From Thermoplasmata archaeon (GTDB lineage: Archaea; Thermoplasmatota; Thermoplasmata; Lutacidiplasmatales; UBA184), in assembly GCA_028864975.1 (NCBI GenBank), contig JAGWLG010000002.1, positions 24,043-88,042 on the forward strand: a stretch of 64,000 nt of DNA, in the 5' to 3' direction. Below the pieces are notes generated by a model, which saw nothing but the letters and a program-made list of their open reading frames with translations, ran no database searches and had not been told where the DNA came from. Position numbers and translations under genes: made by a program. Below, in pieces: positions 45,721-54,000 of the stretch. Each line of letters opens with the position of its first letter. Position 1 is the stretch's first letter.

Positions 45721-46626
45721 ATGGCCGCGCACGAGGCTTCCGCCGTCGCCAAGCTGCCGACCGCACCGCGCACCCGCTTACAGGTCCCCGGGTCCGTGAA
45801 CCAGGTCCTCAAGCTCACCCGGGCGCAGTTCGGCGAGTACCTCTCGTCGCGGCGGTTCGTGATCCTCGTGGGGATCGTCATCGCCATCGGGGGGATCCTG
45901 ACCGCGGTGGTGGCCTACTTCCGCTCGAGCCTCGTCTCCTCGAGCTCGCTCGCCTTCTACGGCTCCCTCTGGGGCGGCGCGGCAGGTTTCGTCATCGTCC
46001 TGGCCGCCGTCTTCTTCGGCGGGGACGCCATCGCCGGGGAGTTCCAGAACAAGACCGGCTACTTCCTCATGGGCCTTCCCATCCGCCGTTCTGTGGTCTA
46101 CGTGGGGAAGTACATCGCGGCGCTGCTGGCCTCCCTCTGCGTGCTCTTCCTCTTCCTGGTGATCCTCCTGGCCAACGGCGCCTACTACTACGGCGGGAAC
46201 GCCCTGCCCTGGCAGCTGCTCCCCTCGGTCCTTCTGGCCGTGGTCTACCTCTTCGCGGTCCTGGGAACCACCTTCTTGTTCAGTTCGCTCTTCAAAACGA
46301 GCGCGTACGGGTTCGTGCTGACGGCGATCCTCTTCCTCTTCGGGTTCACGCTCCTCCAGGACCTGGTCCAAGGCCTCGTGAAGATGGAGCCCTGGATGGT
46401 CATCTCCTACGCGAGCAGCGCCATCGGGGAGGTCTTCGCCCCGACGGTCAACTGGGGGCTCGGAGGAACGATCGTGTCGACGAGGATTCCCACCGGACCG
46501 GGTAGATTCGACACCGTGACCTCCTACACATCCGGCGTGGCCGAAGGTCTGGCGATCATGCTGGCCTACTTCCTGATCACCGGGGTCGTCGGCCTCCTCC
46601 TCTTCGAGAAGGAAGAGTTCGCCTGA
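45721..46626 (+). CDS. ABC-2 family transporter permease
   Basis: 6 TM helices, immediately downstream of the ATPase. Confidence 0.75.
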   Translation: MAAHEASAVAKLPTAPRTRLQVPGSVNQVLKLTRAQFGEYLSSRRFVILVGIVIAIGGILTAVVAYFRSSLVSSSSLAFYGSLWGGAAGFVIVLAAVFFGGDAIAGEFQNKTGYFLMGLPIRRSVVYVGKYIAALLASLCVLFLFLVILLANGAYYYGGNALPWQLLPSVLLAVVYLFAVLGTTFLFSSLFKTSAYGFVLTAILFLFGFTLLQDLVQGLVKMEPWMVISYASSAIGEVFAPTVNWGLGGTIVSTRIPTGPGRFDTVTSYTSGVAEGLAIMLAYFLITGVVGLLLFEKEEFA

Positions 46627-46676
46627 CCTCTCGCGAACCTGTCAAGGACTCCACGGGCAGGTCGCCCGCCGATCGC

Positions 46677-47543
46677 TCAGGGCGTCAGGAGCTCGCAGCC
46701 GCCCTCGACAACCAGAAAGGTCCGTTCGGCCTGCGAGACCCAGCCGTGCCCCTCTTCAACGAACACGGGGTAGGTCTGCAACCGCTTGCGGGCTTTGAGC
46801 AGCGCCGAGCGCAGCTCCGGCTCAGGCACCCAGCGGGCGCAGAACGGTAGGGTACGGAACCGACCGAAAAGCTCCGAGAGTTCAGGGAACTTCTTCGCGG
46901 AGGGCGGCTCGCGGAACCTCATGATGTTCCCGAAGGCCCCGTTCCCGATACGCCCTGCGCCGTTCGTCGCGAACGGCTCGATCGCGACTACCTCCCCTGG
47001 TTCGAGACGGGCGGTGCTCATGCCCGTGACGTTCGGCACGGACTTGCCGGCGTGCAGGAGGTAGCTCTCGATGGTATGTCCCGTCAGGTTCTCGACCGGC
47101 TTGAACCCCAACGCGTGGATCGTTCGCTCGATGGCGCGGGAGAGGGTCATCGTCTCGACCCCGGCCCGGAGCTCGCGCTCGGCCGCCTCCACCGCGCTGC
47201 GCGTCGCGGCAACGAGCGAGGCGTACTTTGTTGCGCCGACCTCGACCGTTGCGGCCGTGTCCGAGATCGCCCCGTCGAGATGGGCGCCCACATCGACCTT
47301 CACGACGTCCCCGACGGCGAAGCGCCGCATGTCCTCGGGGTCGGGGGTGAAGTGGGCGGCCTCGTCGTTGATTGACAGGTTCACGGGGAAGGCCGGCTGC
47401 CCGCCCTGGGAGCGGATGTACTTCTCGACCTCTTCGGCGACGTCCCGGCGCGAGGCCCCTTCGCGGATCATCCCGGCGCCCAGGTCCCGGGCCGCCCCTC
47501 CGATCTTGCCGGCCCGACGCCAGCGGTCCAGGTCCTTAGGCAT
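46677..47543 (-). CDS. map: methionine aminopeptidase, type 2 (archaeal)
   Basis: 'FPVNLSINDEAAHFTP', 'DVVKVDVGAHLDG', 'GHTIESY', 'VVAIEPFATNG' metal-ligand blocks of MetAP2; start at MPKDLDRW (47543). Confidence 0.85.
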   Translation of the reverse strand: MPKDLDRWRRAGKIGGAARDLGAGMIREGASRRDVAEEVEKYIRSQGGQPAFPVNLSINDEAAHFTPDPEDMRRFAVGDVVKVDVGAHLDGAISDTAATVEVGATKYASLVAATRSAVEAAERELRAGVETMTLSRAIERTIHALGFKPVENLTGHTIESYLLHAGKSVPNVTGMSTARLEPGEVVAIEPFATNGAGRIGNGAFGNIMRFREPPSAKKFPELSELFGRFRTLPFCARWVPEPELRSALLKARKRLQTYPVFVEEGHGWVSQAERTFLVVEGGCELLTP

Positions 47544-47575
47544 GGGAGGAGCGCGAGCGGTCCTCGCCCTTATGA

Positions 47576-48136
47576 CTACCGTCGGGGGCGACGATGAGGG
47601 TGTGACCTCGTCAGATCGATGATCGTGGAGGGGCGCCCCGAGGGCGGAGGCGGCCCCGTCAGGTAGACCGCGACCTTGGCGCCGAACTGTCGACGCGCCT
47701 GCTGCACCGTTCGGCACGGAGGTCTTCCGTGGAGATTGGCCGACGTGGACGTGATCGGCCCCGCCCGCCGGGCGAGCTCACGCGCGATGGTGTGGTCAGG
47801 GACCCGAAGCCCTAGCGCGCCCCGCTTCCCGAAGAGGCCCGGTGGGAGTCGCCGTCGGGCGAGGGGGGTGGGCATCACAAGGACCGTGTAGGGACCAGGA
47901 AGGAGGGAACGTAGCTCACACCGCTGTCGGACGGTGAGGCGGGCATACTCCTCGACCTCCTCGACCGAGGAGAGGCCGACCGACATCGGGGCGCCCTCGG
48001 GTCGACGCTTGACCTGGACCAGGGACCTGACCGCATCGCTGCGAGGAAGAACTGCGAGGCCGAGGAGCGTATCCGTGGGGTAGAGCACGATCTTCCCCGC
48101 GCGCAGCGCCGTCAGGGCTCGGTCCATCTCGCTCAT
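47576..48136 (-). CDS. tsaC: L-threonylcarbamoyladenylate synthase (YrdC/Sua5 family)
   Basis: 'KIVLYPTDTLLGLAV', 'TSTSANLHG', 'STIIDLT' YrdC-domain motifs. Confidence 0.8.
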   Translation of the reverse strand: MSEMDRALTALRAGKIVLYPTDTLLGLAVLPRSDAVRSLVQVKRRPEGAPMSVGLSSVEEVEEYARLTVRQRCELRSLLPGPYTVLVMPTPLARRRLPPGLFGKRGALGLRVPDHTIARELARRAGPITSTSANLHGRPPCRTVQQARRQFGAKVAVYLTGPPPPSGRPSTIIDLTRSHPHRRPRR

Positions 48137-48176
48137 GCGACGATCTCCCCCACGAACCCGGGTGGGGAGCTCCTCC

Positions 48177-48638
48177 TCAGAAGTAATCCTCGTCCACGCG
48201 GTGGTAGGAGACGTACTCCTTTTCGGAAAAGTACAGCGGAAGCTCCCGCTGGGCCGTGGGGACCGAGTCGGAGGCGTGGACCACGTTCGGCGTCAGCGCG
48301 AGGGCCAGGTCGCCACGGATCGTGCCGGGGGCGGACTCCCACGGCTTGGTCGCGCCGTTCATGGCACGCACGACCGCGACCGCGTTCCTCCCTTCCACCG
48401 CTAGGGCGAGCACCGGGGCCGAGGTGATGAACTTCACGAGCTCGGGGAAGAAGGGCTTCGCCTTGTGCTCCTCGTAGTGCTTCTCGGCGAGATCCTTGGG
48501 GATCTGCATGAGCTTCGCGGCGACGACCTTGAGGCCCCGCCGCTCGTAACGGGAGAGGACCTCTCCCATGAGGCCGCGGCGGACGCCGTCGGGTTTGACC
48601 AGGACGAGGGTTCGCTCCTTCGCCGCTTCGCCGGGCAT
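48177..48638 (-). CDS. ndk: nucleoside diphosphate kinase
   Basis: 'ERTLVLVKPDGVRRGLMGEVLSRYERRGLKVVAAKLM', 'NVVHASDS' (active-site His) full-length NDK similarity, 153 aa; the remaining 295 codons of the six-frame ORF upstream are artefact overlapping a plus-strand methyltransferase. Confidence 0.9.
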   Translation of the reverse strand: MPGEAAKERTLVLVKPDGVRRGLMGEVLSRYERRGLKVVAAKLMQIPKDLAEKHYEEHKAKPFFPELVKFITSAPVLALAVEGRNAVAVVRAMNGATKPWESAPGTIRGDLALALTPNVVHASDSVPTAQRELPLYFSEKEYVSYHRVDEDYF

Positions 48639-48725
48639 GGCCCGCCGAGGAGTGACCTCCCTCAAGAGGTTTCCGACCTTCGGGCCACCTAGGCTCAAAT
48701 CCTCCGGGCCCGCTCCCGCGGCTCT

Positions 48726-49556
48726 ATGTCCGGGACGGGTTCGCCCCTCTCCCCAGAGCAGGTCAAGGAGCGGACACGCGAGATCTGGTCCTCGGGCGAC
48801 TTCCAAGCGATCACCGACATGGTGACCATCCATGTGGTCCCGGAGCTCGTTCGCTTCGCTGGGATTAGGAAGGGCCAGAGGGTCCTCGACGTGGGGACGG
48901 GCACGGGAGCCGTGGCGCTGGCCGCGCGCCGGGCAGGGGCCGAGGTGACCGCCTGCGACCTCACCCCGAGCATGATCGAGCGGGCGAGAGAGAACGCAAG
49001 GCTCGCCAAGCTGGACGGGATCCACTTCGAGGTGGGGGACTGCGAGGCCCTGGCCTTCCCCGACGCGAGCTTCGACCAGGTCCTCTCGCAGTTCGCCCAC
49101 ATCTTCGCGCCCCGACCCGAGACCGCCGCGAGCGAGATGCTCCGCGTGCTCAAGCCCGGTGGGAGGATCGCCTTCGCGGCCTGGACACGCGAGGGCGGGC
49201 ACGCCGCGACGGCCGCGGTGGCCAAGAAGCACGGGCTGGTGCCGAAGGGCGTGCCCGACATGCTCCATTGGGGGGACGAGAGGACCGTGCGCGAGCGGCT
49301 CGGGCCCGGGGTCCGCGACCTCCAGTTCCGGCGCGGAGCGTTCCGGTGGCGGATGATGAGCCCCCGACACCTCCTGGAGTTCAACCTGAAGAACACCGGT
49401 CCCGTGGCCAGATCGTACACCTCGTTCGGAGAGGACGTTGCGCGGAGGGAAGCGTGGCTCCACGACCTGGAGCTGGCCTACGCGACAGGCGCCGACCACG
49501 TCGGCGCGAACTTCCCGATGCACTACCTCTTGACGCGGGCAACGAGGGCCGGGTAG
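48726..49556 (+). CDS. class I SAM-dependent methyltransferase (UbiE/COQ5-like)
   Basis: 'VLDVGTGTGAVALAARRAGAEVTACDLTPSMIERA', 'FDQVLSQFAHIF', 'LKPGGRIAFAAW' motifs I-III. Confidence 0.7.
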   Translation: MSGTGSPLSPEQVKERTREIWSSGDFQAITDMVTIHVVPELVRFAGIRKGQRVLDVGTGTGAVALAARRAGAEVTACDLTPSMIERARENARLAKLDGIHFEVGDCEALAFPDASFDQVLSQFAHIFAPRPETAASEMLRVLKPGGRIAFAAWTREGGHAATAAVAKKHGLVPKGVPDMLHWGDERTVRERLGPGVRDLQFRRGAFRWRMMSPRHLLEFNLKNTGPVARSYTSFGEDVARREAWLHDLELAYATGADHVGANFPMHYLLTRATRAG

Positions 49557-49565
49557 GGAAGCCGC

Positions 49566-50063
49566 CTACGCGGCGGGCTTCTCGTCCTTCTTGGGCTCTG
49601 CCGCGGGCGTTGGTTTCTTCGCGACCGGGGCGGGCTTGGGCGCCGCGGGCTTCGCCGCCGCGGCGGCCGGGGCGGCCGCGGGAGCCGTCTTGTTGACGGT
49701 GGCCGGAGCGGCGGAAGGCTTCGGGGCGGCGGGCTTGGTCGCAGGCGCAGATGACCCCTTAGGTGCCGCAGGCTTGGCGGGCACGACCACCTTGGGCTTC
49801 GTGGCGGCGGGCGCCGCGGGCTTCGCCCCGGGTTTGGCGCCCGGCTTGGCCGCCGCGACATGCGTCCCTTTCGCCTGCTCGACCTTCAAAGCGTGGGCGC
49901 GCGTCCACTTCCACTGGTGGCCCACCCGATGGTAGGTGAGCTGGTGCTTTCGGCATGTCCCCGAGCAGAAGTAGAAGACCGACCCGTCGCGCTTGACGAA
50001 CATCACGCCGCGACCAGGTTCGATCTCTCCCGCGCAGAAGCTGCATTGGCGTTTCGCGACCAT
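49566..50063 (-). CDS. rpl24e: 50S ribosomal protein L24e with approx. 100-aa Ala/Lys/Pro-rich C-terminal extension
   Basis: 'CSFCAGEIEPGRGVMFVKRDGSVFYFCSGTCRKHQ' TRASH/L24e zinc-ribbon; tail 'AAKPGAKPGAKPAAPAATKPKVVVPAKPAAPKG...KKPTPAAEPKKDEKPAA'. Confidence 0.85.
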   Translation of the reverse strand: MVAKRQCSFCAGEIEPGRGVMFVKRDGSVFYFCSGTCRKHQLTYHRVGHQWKWTRAHALKVEQAKGTHVAAAKPGAKPGAKPAAPAATKPKVVVPAKPAAPKGSSAPATKPAAPKPSAAPATVNKTAPAAAPAAAAAKPAAPKPAPVAKKPTPAAEPKKDEKPAA

Positions 50064-50099
50064 GGTCCGACCCCGATCTCTCCTTCTCGTGGAATTGGC

Positions 50100-50312
50100 T
50101 CACCGTACGGTGAGCTTGCGGGCCTCGCGCGCGGTCTCGCGCAGGATCAGAACGTCGCCGATCCGGACCGGGCCCATGACGTTGCGTGTGATGATCTTCC
50201 CGCGGTCGCGCCCGGCGAGGACCCGGACCTTGACCTGCGTCGCCTCCCCGGCCATGCCGGTCCGGCCGACGAGCTCGACCACTTCCGCGGGGGAACCTTT
50301 CTCTTCGGGCAT
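50100..50312 (-). CDS. rps28e: 30S ribosomal protein S28e
   Basis: '[59 protein letters not shown]' near-canonical S28e. Confidence 0.9.
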   Translation of the reverse strand: MPEEKGSPAEVVELVGRTGMAGEATQVKVRVLAGRDRGKIITRNVMGPVRIGDVLILRETAREARKLTVR

Positions 50313-50353
50313 CGGGCGACCTCAGGACCTCGATCGTGCGTGGGGAGCTCCGC

Positions 50354-50725
50354 TCATTTCTTGAGCGAGCCGAAGGACTGGGAGAGCTCCTCGAGCAGGG
50401 CCTTCCCCTCGCCGGGCTCGACGACAGCGACGCTGGCCGCGCTCTTCGAGAGACCGGCGACCTGGCCCAGCCGCTGCTTCTTCTGGACGTAGAGGTAGGG
50501 GATGTGCTTCTCCTCGCATAGCATGGGGATGTGGACCAGGATCTCGGCCGGGTCGACGTCCTCGGCCATGACGACCATCTTGGCCTCGGAGCGCTCCGAG
50601 CTCTTCGTGACCTCGTTGGTCCCCACGCGGACCTTCCCGGTCTCGCGGGCGACCTGCACGAGCTGCAGGGCCTTGTCGGCGATCTCTTGGGGCGTCTCGA
50701 AGCGAACGAATACGGGTCGCGCCAT
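50354..50725 (-). CDS. rpl7ae: 50S ribosomal protein L7Ae
   Basis: 'KALQLVQVARETGKVRVGTNEVTKSSERSEAKMVVMAEDVDPAEILVHIPMLCEEKHIPYLYV' L7Ae/L30e family. Confidence 0.9.
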   Translation of the reverse strand: MARPVFVRFETPQEIADKALQLVQVARETGKVRVGTNEVTKSSERSEAKMVVMAEDVDPAEILVHIPMLCEEKHIPYLYVQKKQRLGQVAGLSKSAASVAVVEPGEGKALLEELSQSFGSLKK

Positions 50726-51013
50726 GGTGTTCCTCGCGTCAGCGGGACCCCCTCTCGAGGGTTCCTCGGCTCACGGGACGGGTCGCTAGGTCGATTCGTA
50801 TTTAACGGCTAGGAGAGCGACCTCCTCGGGGGGCGCCGGGGCTTCGGAGGGGCCCCCGTCCCGGACCACGACCGCAGGCTCCCCGTTTCGAGGAGAGTCG
50901 GCGCCCGGGCCTCACCGGTCCGAGGGTATGGCCTGCCGAGACCCGGTTCGACAAAGGAATCGCGTTATCAAGGGGAAGTTGGATGGGCCTCGGCGGCCAG
51001 CGTCTGACCCGGG

Positions 51014-54000
51014 ATGGCAAGGAACATGCAGAGGACAAGAACGAACTACGCCGAAGTTGCGACGATCGCGCTCCTGGGCCTGGTGCTCCTGGGACTCCTC
51101 ACGCCTGGACCGCTCCGTTCCATGGTCGCCCAAGGCGCGCAAGGGGCCGCTCCCACGCCCGTCGCCGTCGGGGCGCTGCAGGCCGCCTCGGCCGGCGCGG
51201 GGCAGGGGGCCCCCTACGCGGTACATGGGGTCTCGCTCCACCCGCTCAGCGTCGGGGCTTCGGCCTCGGTAGGGACCTCCCGGGCCCCCCTGGCCTCCGG
51301 GGCTTCCCTCGCGGCGGAAGGACCTTCAGCCTCCGTCCCGAACGCCATCAGCCTGGGAAGCAGCTGGGCCGGGATCAACGCGGCCACCGGTTGCGCCTGT
51401 TTCCCACCAGATGGAGCGGAGGGGGAAGGCAACGGCTACGTCGTCCAATCGGTGAACCTGTGGTACCATGTCTGGACCACGGGAGGGACGTCGCAGTGGA
51501 GCGAGTCCGCGTCGACCTTCTTTGGCACGAGCGATGGCCTCTCAGACCCCAAGGTCTTCTACGACAACCAGACCTCGCGCTGGTTCACCTCGTTCCTTGA
51601 TGTGACCAACAACCACCTGTGGATTGCGGTCTCCAAGACCTCGACGCCCACGCAGGGAACGAGCAACTGGGTCATCTCCGACCTTCCAGGACCATCGAAC
51701 GGGGACCTCCCGGACCAACCGATCCTCGGGGTGGACGCGAACAACGTGGTCCTTTCCACGAACGATTTCTCCTCGACGGCCTTCGACGGCGCCGAGGTCT
51801 TCGTTGTCAACAAGACCGCCGTAATGGGGTCCGCCCAGACCGCGTGGGGCTGGACGTGGGGTCCCAACAATAACTATGGTTCGATGCATCCTGCCTACCA
51901 CCTCGACGCGACGAACACGATGTGGTTCGCCACCACCTGTGGAGGGGCTGGGACCAACTGCACCTGGCCGATTGCTGTTGGGAAGCTCACGGGCTCGCCT
52001 CCCGCGACCCCGAACTTCGTGGTCTACAACTACTGGACCTGGACGAACTCGTCTTCACAGCTCCCGCCCGCCGTGGGATTCCAGAAGGGGAGCACGGTCA
52101 AGCTCGACACCGGCGATGACCGGGTGAGCTCCGCCACCTGGACGAACGGGGTCCTCTGGGTCGCCGCGGACGACAGCTGTCGCGCCAGCACCGGCTTCGC
52201 GAGCTGCCTGCACCTCTGGTCCTTCTCCACCTCCGCCGGCACGCCGAGTAAGGTCCAGGACTTCAAGTGGGAGGACAAGGCGAACAGCTTCGACGGCTAC
52301 CCTTCCGTCATCATCGACAAGTACGGGAACGTCGGCGTCTCCTTCGAAGAGGCGAGCAACGCGACGTTCCCCAGCACGTACGTCACGGGGCAGGCCACGA
52401 GCGACCCTGTCAATACCCTAGAAGCGGCTACGCTCGCGAAGGCGGGGGGCGGAGCGATCACCGCGACCCAGAGCAACTTCTGCGCCGGGGTGATCACCTG
52501 CGCCCGATGGGGGGACTATTCGGGCTCGTCGGTCGACCCCACCAACCGGAATCAGTTCTGGATGGAAGCAGAGGACGGCCCGGGGGCCGGCGATAGCTAC
52601 TGGGCGACGTGGGTCCAGGAGTTCCAGTTCCCATACCCAAGTGGTACCCCCACGGTCAACTTCGCCCTCTCCCCGGCGAGCGGGGCGGGCTCGATCTCCT
52701 TCAACAGCGTGACCTACTACAACGGCGGCTCGACCAGCATCGCGACGGGGTCCTACCCTCTGTCCGCGACCACGAACGCCGGATGGCACTTCTCCTCCTG
52801 GTCGACGACGGGAGGTCTCTCCGTGGGGGCGAGCGGGCTCACCGTCTCCTCCTCCGGTACGCTTACCGCGACCTACACGCAGTACGCCAAGGTGACCTTC
52901 GCGATCAACCGTGCCGCCTGCGGGCCGATCACGTTCAACAGCACGACCCAGGCCAACGCTTCGAGCGCGTCGTACTACACGTCGAGCTCGCCGTTCACGG
53001 CGAGCATCCCTGCGTGCGGAGGTGAAACGTTCAGCTCTTGGGCCGTGACGGGCGGAGTGAGCGTCGGCTCGCCGACCGCGCTCAGCACCTCCGTCACGCT
53101 CACGGACAACGGGACGCTCACCGCGAACTTCGTAACGGGCTCTGTCGACGTGGTCACGGTGGCGATTGCCCCTGGTGCGGGGGACGGTTACGTCACGCTC
53201 AGTGGAACCCCCTACTTCAACGGGAACACGGCGAACCTCGCCGCGGGGAGCTACCCGCTCGCGTTCGCAGCGTCACCGGGTTGGGCGTTCTCGACGTGGT
53301 CGGCCACGGGCGGCCTCACCATCGGGGCCGGGACCCTGGCTGTAAGCTCCTCGGGGACCCTCACGGTCACCTTCGTGCAAGACCCGACGCTCAGCTTCAC
53401 GGTGAGCCCAACCTCCTGCCAGCCGATCACCTTCAATGGCAGCACGCCCTGGAACAGCGGGACGTCGGGGAGCTTCTACACCTCGGGGAGCCCGTACACC
53501 GCGTCCGTCGCGGCGTGCTCCGGGTACAGCTTCAGTTCGTGGAGCACTACTGGAGGAGTAGCCGCCGGCAGCCCCTCCGCCACGAGCACGCCGGTCACGC
53601 TGACCGACAACGGCACCCTGACCGCGACGTTCACCGCTTCGTCGGGTGTGACGGTGTCGTTCACGATCTCCCCCGCGTCGCCCTCGTCGGGCGGATCGGT
53701 CACCCTGAACGGCGTGACGTACTACAATGGAGGGTCGGTCTCTATCGCCACGGGGACCTACACGCTCTCCCAGACCCCCGCCCCCGCCTTCCGGTTCTCC
53801 TCGTGGGCCTTCGCCGGTGGGGTCGCGCTCTCGGGCGGCAGCTTGGTCGTGACCGGCGCCGGGACGGTCACTGCGAACTACGTAGCGGTCTACGGGGTGG
53901 CCTTCTCCGTGGCCCCCGCCGCGTGCGCCGCCACCTCGGAGGTCCAGTTCAACGGGACGAACTGGGCGAATGCCGGGAGCGGCACGTTCGCGGGCCTGAC

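Noticed and set aside
48639-49523. 295-codon N-terminal extension of the ndk ORF (six-frame ORF 48177-49523)
   Set aside because: NDK similarity starts exactly at the internal ATG (48638). The extension lies antisense to a plus-strand gene carrying complete class-I methyltransferase motifs, so the methyltransferase was called instead.
50726-51013. Possible tRNA or ncRNA in the L7Ae / InlB divergent intergenic region ('gacccggttcgacaaagg')
   Set aside because: GGTTCGA resembles a T-loop, but no acceptor, D or anticodon stems can be built around it. I could not run tRNAscan; treated as ordinary promoter region with a TATA-like 'GTATTTAAC'.
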